Below are positions 23,478 through 35,280 of a stretch of DNA of 64,000 nucleotides, in pieces; position 1 is the first letter of the stretch; every line of letters begins with the position of its first letter. The position numbers and the translations under genes were made by a program. Where the stretch lies: positions 5,332,001 through 5,396,000 of the forward strand of contig NW_027254201.1 in the NCBI RefSeq assembly GCF_044704955.1, read 5' to 3'. The notes beneath the pieces are model-generated. The model saw only the letters and a list, made by a program, of their open reading frames with translations, searched no databases and was not told the origin of the DNA. The stretch comes from Pristiophorus japonicus. Taxonomy: Eukaryota.

Positions 23478-23840
23478 AGAAGAGTGAGAGGTGATCGCAT
23501 TGAAACAGATAAGGTTATGAAGTGTAATGACATAACCTGATTCATTTGACTGGAGAGTCAAGAGCGAAAGGTCATAGTCTCATCATCGGAAGCTGGGATT
23601 TTAAGATTGGGATGAGATGGAATTTCTTCACTAAGAGGGATGTGAAACTTTGGAATTCTCTACCCTAAACGAGCAGATGATGCTCAATCGTTGAATATAT
23701 TCTACGCTGGGCTAGTTGCATTTTCGGTCTCTAGGGGAGTGAAGAAATATAGAGGTCAGCTGGGAAAGTAAAGTACAGGTTAATAATCAGCCAGGATCTC
23801 GTTGAAAATCGGTGCAGGTTCCTAATTATTATGTTCTTAT
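23478..23840 (+). mobile_element. CR1 LINE 3' end fragment
   Basis: RRVRGDRIET.KVM; FFT.R.VKLWNSLP; tail-like ctaattattatgttcttat. Confidence 0.8.
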
Positions 23841-24699
23841 ACTCACAAAAGAAAATAATTACCAAAGCTTCTGTTCGATCGTCCGTAATTATTGAAGGAA
23901 GGACAAGAATACGAATTAATTTCATTTTTTCCGAATTTCTGGAAGGTGTTTACAGATAACTTGCAAGAATTGTAACAGTTAAGAAATTTAAACAAAACAT
24001 TCTTTTTACATTCCTTTGCTGATTAGTTTGGAATACTGATTGAGACAGAATATCAATACTATTACTCAAGATACTTTTATCAATCGCAACAAAAAAGAGC
24101 AGACTCCAGTTTTGTGCTGATTGAGGGCACCACAGTGACAATGGAGATTTTAAGTCCGTGTCTGGGAAAAAAAGAGCTGAAAGGTCAAATCGGTGAGCCG
24201 AGTTCAGACTGGTTCCTGCAGCCGAATACTGGTCACGTGACAAGAGCTCACTCTATTTGTCAATGGGGAATGGTGTCCAATAGAGAAACACGTGCCTGCA
24301 ATTTTCATGCGAACTTCAAGGAAAGTTACCAATATCGGCAAACTTCAGACTTTGTTTCAGTAATAACTGCCATTTGCGATACCTTCCTGGGTCCGTACAC
24401 ACTCGGTATGGACCCGAGATGCCGCAATTTAGGCCCCAGTATGTTACGCCCGATTCCATGAACCCTGATTGTGTGTAGTAACCACTTGTGTGGCACAACA
24501 TCGAATGTTTTTGGAAAATCTAATTACAGTGTATCCACTGTTTCCACTTAAATACCATTCTTGTTACAACCTCAAATACTCTACTTGGTTTGTTAATCAT
24601 GACTTAACTTTCATCATTCATATTGACACTGGACCACCATATTTTGATTTTTTTCTGTTAGCAGTTCACTAATAATAGATTCTTTGATTAGCATTTTCC

Positions 24700-25105
24700 C
24701 AACTTCTGGTGCCAGGCTAACTGGTGTCAGTTCCATGTTTTTACATTTCTTCATTTCTTAAATAATGCGTTATATCTGACACATTCCAAACTGTCGGACC
24801 GTTATATAATCTAAGGAGTTCTGGAAGACCAAAACCAAAGCATCATTTATCTCTGCAGTCGAAACTTTATGAACCATCGGATGTAAGCCATCAGGTCCAG
24901 GATATTTGTCAGCTTTTAGTCTCATTAATTTATCCAGTCGATTTCATTATCATGCTAATTCCTACTCGACACTTGATTCCCCATTATTTCGAGAATGTTT
25001 TTATTTCTACTTCCGTGAAGACAGATGGAAAGTATTTGTTTAATGTCGCTGTCATTTCCTCATTCCCAATTATAATTTTTAGGGTCTCTTCCTGTAATGA
25101 TCCTT
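24700..25105 (-). mobile_element. Old CR1 LINE ORF2 fragment
   Basis: Similar to 1-300 and 36640-37050 (ccatcaggtccaggatatttgtc = KYPGPDG; ttccgtgaagacagatggaaagtatttgtttaa). Confidence 0.75.
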
Positions 25106-25484
25106 AAAGTGATCCCGGGATTGGCCAACAGAAGTTAAGTAAAACAGTTGTTGACTTGCCCTAATTTGGAGTCAGACGGTGCTGGAGTGGGACCCCGGTT
25201 TACAATCTTGCCGAAGGGCTGGCTCGATGTCGAACCCAGCCAATCTCTCCTATGTCTCGACTAGGGAGCTGCAACGTAGGATTCACTTTGGAAGCTGACA
25301 GATTTTAAGCTTAGTAAGCCAGAAGATCAATCTTAATTGAGCTCTGGCCTCGCATGCTTGAGTAAATGTTAAACTTGTGGAACATTCTTGGTGATCCTTT
25401 CCAGCACTAGCTCAATATATTCCTCAGAGTAGAGAATGGAAATGAAAATCTGGTAGCGCCAACTAAGGGCGTCTCGTCCGCAAC

Positions 25485-26050
25485 ATCATCAACAACAAGC
25501 TGCATTTATTTAGCGCCTACAACTTAGTAAAATGGACCAAGGCATATCCAGGAGCTTATATCAAAAAAAATGTCATATCCAGACACATAAGCAGATATTA
25601 GGACAGGTGTGCAAAAGCCTGACCATGTTAAGCAACGTCTTCGTGCACGAGAGAGGGGGTAAGAGGAGTGCAGATTTTTGGAAATTTTACCAGAGTTTGT
25701 AGCTTTTGCAGCTGAAGGCATGGCCGCCAATGATTATGCGCTAAAAACCGGGGATTCAGTAGAGGACAGAATTGGAGGAGACAACATTATTGGAATTTTT
25801 TAGCGCTGGAGCAGGTTATACAGAAAGAGAAAGGTCGAGGCCATCGAGATATTTGAAAAGCATCGATGACAGTATCAAATTCGTGGTTTTGATGGACCAG
25901 TATCTAATCTCGGTAGCTCATGTAATGATGTGTGAACGGGATTTGATGCCAGTTAGGATGCAAGCAGCAGAAGTTTAGATAAGCACAAGATTAACGAGGG
26001 TGCAAGGTGCATTTGGAATAGTAAAATTTCGAGATAACAAAAGCATGAGG
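25485..26050 (-). mobile_element. L2-type LINE 3' fragment
   Basis: acaacaagctgcatttatttagcgcc tail typical of L2 3' ends; aggatgcaagcagcagaagtttagat corresponds to RT C-terminal IQTSAA.IL. Confidence 0.55.
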
Positions 26051-27834
26051 TAGGACCTTACAGCAAGTTGAAAAACGATTAGAAATCAACAGAAACAGGA
26101 GTTTGCAACTGAATGAAGTATTGTGAGTGTAAAAATTACTGATTCCGAATGATCAGACTAAATCCTAATATTTATAATAGAATCCTTCCGTAGGATTTCA
26201 ATGGTGGTTTGTACCTTGATATCATGAAGGGCAGACGTAGTTGCTTGAAATCATTCAGTTAACCATTTCCATACCTCATCATCATCATAGACAGTCCCTC
26301 TGAATATTGCTTCCACTCCGAAAGTTTGTTATTTGGTGGCTGAAAAGTCCAACACGGGAGCCACAGACGTTGTCAAAGGGGAGACAGATATTCGTTGGGG
26401 GAAAGGGGTGGAATGAGGGACTGCTTTGACACACGCTCCTGTCAATGCCTGCGATTGTACTCTTCAATACTCTACCGTAAACATAAGACAATGACTGTCC
26501 GAATCTTAAGCTTCCTTCAAAATGGAGTTTAACACGTTCCCGTTATCAGAACCCGCCTGTTTATCCTCGACCTGATAGATTAAAATAACGCTCCTGTCGT
26601 CTTATCACATACTTTCATAAAGAGCGCCAGTGCCATGTTAGCCTTTTGAATAATTTGATGACTCGCAGGGAGATTCTTATCAAAGCAGCCAGTACCTTTC
26701 TATTTCCGAAACCTATGCAAAGAGCCCAGTCATTTCCCGGTATATCCATGTGTCTCTTTGTGCTGGATATCACCGCATGTGAACGTAGATGAAACATCCA
26801 ATCTGTGACATTCTTCTGCTTCAGCGGTGATGTTAAATAAATTAAATTAAAATTAATATTTTCCAATCAATCATCTGCTGAGTGCAAGGCCTCTGCCAAA
26901 GTTTTAAGTCTAGAATCGAAAATTAAAACCAGTTCCTTACATCCCGTTCCAGACGCATGATATTGGATTTAGGGATATGGGCACAACACATGCTTCAGCA
27001 AATGTTTGCCTTTGCTATTCCACAGATCAGTTCGTTTCCGCAACCATTTGCTAAGACAGACAAAGTAGTAATATCCCAGACTCGAGATTGGCACAGAATC
27101 CTTTGGAAGGAGGTATAGGGAAACGATGCCTTTCTTGCAATTTTGACATAACTTGGCAGTCGGGAAGCTGATGGAATCGTTTGAATGCTGTTTATTCACG
27201 TCGCCTAATGTTGCCCTCATTGAAGGCAACGAGGGAGTGAAATAAGTGGCGCTGGTGGAGGGGGAGGAACGTGGGTAAAACTGGTTTTCCAGCGTAACCT
27301 GCCAGATTGCCGCCCAGATTGTAATGATAAAAGTAAATGTGTTTAAGTGATGTGTGGAGAAAGTACATGTCCACATATGCGTAAACACTTACCGCACATG
27401 CTCAGAAATGTACAGTGGTTACCCAGCCTTTGCCAGACAGGTCGGTTGCCACCAAAAAATAACGTAGCTCCTCGTGGGTGAAAGGTGAGGCGGGGGAATT
27501 GGCAGGAGGTGTAGGGAGAAAAATAGACGCCTTATGTCAACAAATTAATAGCGCCGTTGACGGTTTATTTGAAAAGTGCATTTCTGCATCATAGATCAAC
27601 AACTTTTTGCACTGTAGAAAGACCAAAGAATTGGAGCTGGTTACTGTTGTATAACAGAATAAGTTTCCCACTATATAAACCGCTATCACAGCATTCAGAT
27701 TTCTTTTTTGTCTGTTTATTAATATGTTGTTTTTTCAGAATTTGCTCTTAGCTTCACACGTGTTTTTCGGTTAAAAAATTGAGGCCAAACATGAACTGGA
27801 TTTAGACGCCACGACACAAAGTGACTTCATATTC

Positions 27835-28560
27835 AATCATACAATCACAGAATTATAAAGCACAGAAAAGGTCGGTCGGCCAATCGTACCTATACTGGCT
27901 TTCGGAAAGAGTTATCCAATTGTACCCTCGTCCCTGCACTTTCCCCTCAACAATGCAACTTTTCCCGTTTTAATTTTAAATCCACTTATATTTTGAAGGT
28001 TATTATTGCATCTGCTTCCACCTCAATTTCAGGCAGTGCGTTCCAGATCATAACATATCGCTGTTAAAATGTTTTTCTCCACGTAATTTTCAAAAACTTT
28101 TGCTAATTGCATTAAATCTATGTTTTCTGGTGAAGTACTAAGCTGTCAGTGATAATAGCTTCTCCTCATTTATTCGATCAAAGCGCCTCATAATTTTGAA
28201 CAACTCTATTAAATCTACCCTTAGCTTCACTGCTCGAAGTAGAATAATCCCAGCTCTATTGGCTTTCCACATTACTAAAACAGAGCATCCCTGCAAAACA
28301 TCTAGTAAATCTCCTCTGCACCCTCTCCAAGGCCTTAATATCCTTCCTAATGTTTGGTATCTAGATTTGGACACAATGTGCCACTGTAGCCTAATCAATG
28401 ATTGGCAGAGATTTCACATAATCTTCATGCTTTTGTACTCTGTGCCTTTATTCACAAAGCTAATTAAGCCGTATACTTGTGAGTAGCTGTGTTAGCTTGT
28501 CCTAGCACTATCAAAGATTTTTGTTCCTGAACTCCAGGCCTCTAGATTTCTGCATCTATT
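27835..28560 (-). mobile_element. CR1 LINE 3' fragment
   Basis: catacaatcacagaa tail; LRVDLIELFKIMRRFDRIN.EKL in ORF 28138-28398. Confidence 0.8.
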
Positions 28561-28983
28561 TAAAATTCGATTTTTACTTTATAAAGACCCTCCTCGTATT
28601 TCTGTAGATACTGCACCAATTCTGAATTCTCTCCATTCAATGTTATCTGTGATGATTCCATTTCTCCGTTCTTCATTAGTATTATTGGAAGCTTTTCTTT
28701 CACGCAGGTGCAATCAGACTGTTTTAGTTTGGAAGTTGGATGCTGGTGTTTGAATGGGGCCGTGCTGATCAGTAGGCTCATCGGAAGGCTGGGTAGGAAA
28801 ATTAAATTGTTGAAAAACCGTAAATAATTGAACAAAGAAATACAAAAATAAGCAAACAAACAAGCTGATGTTTGGTGATTTCCTACACGTACTGTGTGAA
28901 CTTCACCAATAAATTATAGTTGCGGCATACATTAAAATATCTAGGATTTACTGTAAAATAATGGTGAGGCTAATGACACTCTG

Positions 28984-31720
28984 TTATTTAATCATCAATT
29001 GGAAGCTATTTCGAGCCTTCACAGATGTGCAGTTCAATGCGAAAACATGGAGTTGCTTCCGAGATCCACCACTATTGTATAAGGTGCTCGAAAATGGTAT
29101 CTTGCTTTCTGGCTCCCCAATCAAATGTGTTGAGCTGCGTGACTTTCTTGTATTTGCATGGTAGAGAGGGATTAATCTCGGCACAGAAAACTAGAGATTA
29201 TCCATATCAGTCCATGTACCATTTTCTGTGGTGTGATAAGTTTTCTTTTCTGCCAATTGGCCTCTCCAATACTGATGATTAATTTTTCTGAATGCGGATA
29301 TTAATGTCTTCAGATTTTAATTGTGGATGGAAATTATTTTAAAAACTAAAAAATCGACACAATTCATTGACATGTCTTTCTGTTTCTATATTCTCTCTCT
29401 AAATTCAATATTTCGTTCCCTTTTTCATTTTGCTTTGAATATCCGATTTGACATTGCATTCACTATTCTGAATTAAATTCCTGTTTTACAATTCATGCTG
29501 TTTATTTCAAACCATCAATGTTATTGTTTAAGGAGAGGGGGCGCAGATGCCCTGGAGAAGTCGCCAAAACATTGGAAACTATATTTACTGCAACTTCAAG
29601 TACAAAAAGTCGTAGAAAGTAAATGGAATCCAGTTTCAGCCAATTTGATTTGTTCCATGTAATATCAAGAAGCGCGTGAGCGCACTGGATACAAGAAGCC
29701 TATTGGTCCCTTCTACATCTGCTATCATGCAAAATACTTGTGGTCCTGACGAAGCCCGCCTCTAACCAAGATTCAACAGTGCAGCTACGACATTAATATC
29801 TAGCAGACTATGTGTAAATCTGCTCATGTATGACTTGTCTACAAAAAGCAGGAAAAATTCAATTCAACCAACTTTAGTCCCATCAGTCTTATCTCAGTCA
29901 TCAGCAACTGATGGAAGTGTCGTAAACAGTGCCAACAAGCAGCCTTTGCATACCAATCACCTGCTCACCGATGCTCAGTTTCTCAGCTCCAAACCTCATT
30001 ACATCCTTGTTCCAAACATGGGAAAAAGAGCTGAATCCTGGAGGTGAAGTGAGAGTGATTGCCCTTAACAAGAATTGACATCAAGGAGGCCCTGTAAAAG
30101 TAAAGTCAATGGAAATCACGGAGTTCAAATTTGCACTGGCTGGAGTCCGCCCAAGCAGAAAGGAATTTGATTGTGGTTGTTGGAGTTCAAACATCTCACC
30201 CAGGACATCGCTTTAGGAGTTCCTCAGGGCAGTGTCCTGGGTAAAAACATCTGCAACTGCTTCCTCAATGACCTTCCCTCCATCATAAGGTCAGAAGTGC
30301 GGATATTTTCTGGTAATTACACAGTGTTGAGTACCATTCTCAATTCCTTAGAAAATGAAGCCGTCCATACCCGCATGCAGCAAGACATGGACGTCAATCA
30401 GGATTGGTCTGATAGGTGGCAAGTATCATTTGCGCCATACAGGAACCTGATAATGACTATCTCCAAAAGGCGTGAGTCTAAACACCGTGCCTTGAAATTC
30501 AACATCCATTAGCATCGCTAAATCTCCCACATTCAACAACCTGGGGTTCACCATTAACCTGAAACATAAATAATCAGTCACATAAATACTGTGGCCACAA
30601 AAGCAAATCAAATGCTTGGTATTCACACCATGATACCGCAAAATCCTACAAATCTACAATGCACAAGTTAGGAGCATGATGGAACAAGTCACGGGTGTGA
30701 TGGAATACTTCTCAGTTACGTGGATGAGTGCAGCTCCAACAACACTCAAGAAGTTGGACAGCATCCAAAATTGTCAGTACCCCATGATTGGCGCGACATC
30801 CAACACAACAAACATTCACGCCCTCCACCAACGTCGCCCCTTGGCTGCCGTGTGGACCATCTGCTGTGATCGACATAAACTCGCCAAGGTTTTTTCATCA
30901 GCACCTCGCAAACCAGCATCCTCTCAGTACAATGGCATTCAGTGCATGCGAACAGTGTCACTTCCACGTTCCCCTGCAAGGTACATACCATTCAAACCTG
31001 AAATCTTATGGATATTACTTCATCATTACTGGGTCAAAATCCTGGAAATACCTCTCGATCAGCATTATGGGAGTACGTTCATCATGCGCATTGCAACATT
31101 TCCAAAAGGTGGCTCACCACCCCCTTCTCAAGGACCAATAGGAATGGGCAATAAATGCTGGCCTTGCCAGCGATAGCCACATGCTAGGAACGCAGCCAAG
31201 GAAAAAACATAGTAGTGCATCATTCAGTTTAATAATATTCAAACGTGATTCTCCCTGGCCCGAGGTCAAAAATATCCACTCCTTGATCCTTGCTTCCTGA
31301 CTTACCAAAAATATGTCTAGTGCATGGAGAGCGCGGTTTGCTGCTGGCTACTGTAAATCCTGGTTTATTATTTCTCATTGGAATACATTTGGACTATAAA
31401 AGCTAAGTTATGCATTTTTAGCGTCAATATTCAGCAGAACCGTAAATATTGATTGTTAATTTTGTTTTGTAATTACAAACCTTATTGACTTGTATTATCG
31501 AATATTTCCACAATTCCATGCCTACAACAATGGATACGAAAATTGATAGCGACAGATCCAACAATGCCAGCAGGCAGATAAAGTGCATAAGACTGAAACG
31601 GTGTATCCAGGATCAGGAGCAAGGACATGTTCAGGACCGTCAGAAATACGACGACTTCAGGCAATGAGAACTGTCATACATACAGCAACAGCACAATTTA
31701 AGGATAATATGAAATCGAAG
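28984..31720 (-). pseudogene. Putative highly decayed class A (rhodopsin-like) GPCR, split by a LINE (29850-31205) and a second ~360-bp insertion
   Basis: Ordered motif remnants across frameshifts: TM2 HFICLLALLDL, KVC, SIFTVLLNID-(R)-*KCIT, TM5-like IVC.ILMS.LHC.IL, RRDQ*AS...ITW, LIWI..LVFCAEINP/LYHANTRKSR. Confidence 0.42.
29850..31205 (+). mobile_element. CR1/L2-type LINE 3' portion (RT and 3' tail)
   Basis: GVPQGSVLG...F.NDLPSII; WSDRWQVSFAP; WMSAAPTTLKKLDSIQ; tail gggcaataaatgctggccttgccagcg. Confidence 0.9.
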
Positions 31721-32299
31721 CTTAAAGATTCGCCGATTGTGGGCGAACAAAAAACATTGGGAATTAAGGTGATATCTGTTAGTTTTGCGAAACGTGCATC
31801 GGAAGCCCGTTGTACGCTGCTCCACATTTTTCATTCTAATTGAATTCAATGGAAAATAAAATTTAGAGGAGCTTATCGCAGACTAATTTCACCCCATTGT
31901 CTCAATATTAGGTGAGCACCCTCAGGGCACCGACAATATGTATTCAGCAGAAAGCATATTTCAGTGCGGTGGAGGAAATTAATTGTCCAGGGCGTGGAAA
32001 TATTATTCAGCCCCGTTTGCGAGTTTGAGCTGTGCGCTTAGATAACAACACTGACCGCAATGTTGGAACTGTAGAAGAGCAATTAATTGAAGCTCCACTG
32101 CACCAACGGATGAGCAGGGGGCAGCCGCAAAACGGAGGTCCGACTGCGCCATCCCATGCCATCGTATGTAATTACAGCTTAACCTCTGCTCGTCACAAAT
32201 GTGAACAGCTCAATATATAATTGGAAATGTTAGAATCGGTTGTGCACATGGAATGTGCGGACAGGCCGAAGACTCTTTGAATCTACGCAGTGCCAATTC

Positions 32300-32620
32300 A
32301 TAAAATCATAGCATGGTGCAGCAGAGAAGGAGTCTATTAGGCCTGTGCTTGCACCTTGAAAGAGATAGCGAAATTTGACACAGCCTCAAGTCCTTTGCCC
32401 ACAGCCCCGCATGATTTTCCATTCAACTATTTATCCAGTTCCCTTTTGAAAGTTATTATTCAGTCTGCTTCCGCCATCCTTTTAGTCATTACAGATCAGA
32501 ACAGGCCGTTGCGTCAAAAACAGTTCGCCACATCTCCCCGCTCATTTCATTTGCCAATTACATTGTATCTGTGTCCTCTTCTTGCCGACCGTATGCCATT
32601 GGAATCAGCGTCTCCTTAAT
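32300..32620 (-). mobile_element. Old CR1 3' end fragment
   Basis: cataaaatcatagcatgg tail; ttatccagttcccttttgaaagttattattcagtctgcttcc similar to 27980-28050. Confidence 0.65.
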
Positions 32621-33208
32621 TTCTCGATGGAAAACATGATTCACACTACCTATGTAATAAATCTTTTTGTTAGCTATTTTGGGATTTTCATTGAATTTAA
32701 AAAGTATCTCTGAAGATTTATATCAACTTCAAATTCGTTTCCAATATACAGCAGTTTGCAGAATGTTCCCTGATCCCAATGTAACGCTGACTCGACTTTG
32801 TGTTGTGGTTACACCTCGTAATATGAAAACCCCCAAAGTTTTAAGAACGCCTCCTTAAGTGATTTCTCACGGCATCTCTCTCAAGTTGATCCGCTGACCA
32901 TTGGTTTTATTACACCTGCATGCGCGTGCGAAATGGAAACCGGCGCAAAGCTATGCTGTGAAGGGCAATCTGAATTATTTTTGTTGGAAAGTATTCAATT
33001 GTGCAAGCAACCATAATATGCCCGAGTGAATGCTGATTATAAACTCATATTCATGTATTAACAAGTTATGAAAGTCCTTTAATACAAAAGTATTCGTCGT
33101 CAGCTGGCGTACTGTGGCCAATTCGAGGCAACACACTTTCGGAAGGATGTGAAAGCCTCGAGGGGGTGAAGATGATATTTTATAGAAATATACCAAAGAT
33201 TAAAAATC

Positions 33209-33505
33209 TTCAGTAACGTGGGGAGACGAGAGAACTGGATTTGTTCTCCATACAGCAAATGATGTTAATTGAAAACTTGAAAGAAATAATCAAAATCATG
33301 TAGGAATTTGATAGATAAAAAAAGGAGAATCTGATTTCAGTGGCAGACCGGTCGGTACCCAGAAATAGAGTTAACATCATTGGCGAAGGGCCCAGAGGTG
33401 AAATGAATACCAACAATAGGCAGCGAGTTGCTGTGATCTCTAATGCATTGTCTGAAAGCGTGGTTGAAGCAGATTCAATAATATATCTCAAAGGGGGAAT
33501 AGGGT
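33209..33505 (+). mobile_element. Old CR1 3' fragment
   Basis: atcaaaatcatgtaggaatttgatagata; ctaatgcattgtctgaaagcgtggttgaagcagattcaata..aaagggggaa (WNAL.E.VVEADSI..FK). Confidence 0.65.
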
Positions 33506-34784
33506 AAATACAATTCTGTACTTGCAACCAAATTAAGGTCCCTAAAATCGCCGACACCTCTCGAAGGGCAGATAATATGAGGGATTCTAACCACGAAGTA
33601 AATGAACAACAGGACCAGATTGGCTGCGCCAAGAAGGGTACATATCGCATTCAACGCCAGACACGTCGCCACCTTTGAAGAATATGCAAAAATTACTAAA
33701 ATATATGAATTGATTAAATCTTTACCAAGCCATTATTTGTCTGGGTGGAAACTCTAGTGTAAACCATATATGTAATTCCAAATTCTATACAAAACGCACT
33801 TATTGCAAAACCATAGAATCATAGAATCTTACAGCCCACAAGGCGACCAGAATGTCTGTGCCGGCTCTTTGAAAGGGCAGTCAAATTCGATGTTTCTTTC
33901 TGGAATAAACATTTGACCTATTATTGCAGGCTATGTAGATGCCTTTAATGACAACAGAAAGTGTGGGCTTTATATCAATCTAATTAGTAGAGGATAACGT
34001 CTTTTTCATCTTGGATTTTGCTGAGCCAGCTGAGTGGTGTGACTAGCGGGGAAACTACACTGGTCAGCGGTAGAGTCAACTGAACAAATAATAACATAAT
34101 TACATGGACAATCTCGGCTAACCAATTATCGGGGACAGAGGAAGTTAGGAACTTTTGGATGCAATTCAGCCTCTCGAAACTGTTCCACCATTCAATTAGA
34201 TTGTTTCTGAAATTTAGCTTAACTGTACCGCTCGTCCTGGGTCCAAAGCGCCTTAATACTATTGCCCAGTAAAAATGAAATTCCAATAAGTGTCTGGAAT
34301 TATAACGGCGCTTAAAGTGGAAACAATTTTGTGGTAGATTTTAAAAGGGGCTGCCGACTCGCTATCACCACTTTACCATCAACAAAGTCCGATTTTACCC
34401 ACATTGAGCGTAAAACAGAAAATATCGATTATGAATCCACTGGAACTGAATATCGAGGCTGACGTCTGAAGGGTAACCGATTCATTATCGCTTGATTTTC
34501 TCGCCTGCAATTCTTCAATTACATCCCCAAGATCTACGCATTAGAGGGGTTACCACTTATATGAACAAGCCAAGTTTACGGCAATGTTTTACAGAAGGAA
34601 ATAATCAGCTCAGCAAACAGAAATTCAAATTAGTTTAGTATTCCACAGAATGGCTTGTTTTGTTTAAATGGTGAGTTATTATGCAGATACTTACAAGGCA
34701 TGTCGACGATGGCTTTCCAAGAATACACCTCAGTACTCCAGAAAGTATAAACTATAATAAAGTGACATATCAATTTCACTTGAT

Positions 34785-35280
34785 AAAACATGAGCATAAT
34801 TATTGGAACATAGTATCACGACTAGGTGTTTCAGCGCCTCGAGCCAATGCCACCAGTTAGTTAGATCCTGGCTGATGTGTAACTTGACTTTATCTACCTG
34901 ACTTGATTCTGCTACTCATAACAAAATCATGTAACATACATCGATCACCGACAGTTTTGAAATTTTCAACTGATCTGTACCCTCAATTACTTTTGGGGGA
35001 AGGATTTACGAAATTTACAATGTTCATTATGTAAAAAAGTGTTTCATGACTGGAGCACTGAAATGCCGAGTACTAAGTTTAAGCTTATGTTCTGGACACC
35101 GCCCCCCCTCCTCCCCAGAGGAAATAAATGCTCACTATCTCCCATATTATGTACTTTAATCTTCCTAATCATCACAGCTAGATGCCTCCTTCATCTTCTA
35201 TCCTCGAGGGAATGTAATAAGTTTAATTTATGTAATCTGTCCTCCCAATTAATATTAATTCGCCCCGGTATCATTCTCGT
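34785..35280 (-). mobile_element. Old CR1 3' fragment
   Basis: gaacatag..aggtgtttcagcgcctcgagcc 3' stem region; ttaagcttatgttctgg; ends at ggtatcattctcgtgaa where a younger CR1 tail begins. Confidence 0.65.

Noticed and set aside
24370-24440. Short palindrome gggtccgtac..gtatggaccc and similar GC-rich patches (27190-27560, 29330-29655, 34320-34480) as MITEs
   Set aside because: Suggestive of old non-autonomous DNA elements, but I could not pair terminal inverted repeats or TSDs
25150-25360. Possible Pol III/SINE element (gggttcgacatc on the minus strand)
   Set aside because: Only a loose B-box-like match, with no A-box spacing or tRNA fold I can support
26615-27388. ORFs of 83 and 139 aa on the minus strand
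   Set aside because: No recognisable domain, non-ATG starts and weak splice context
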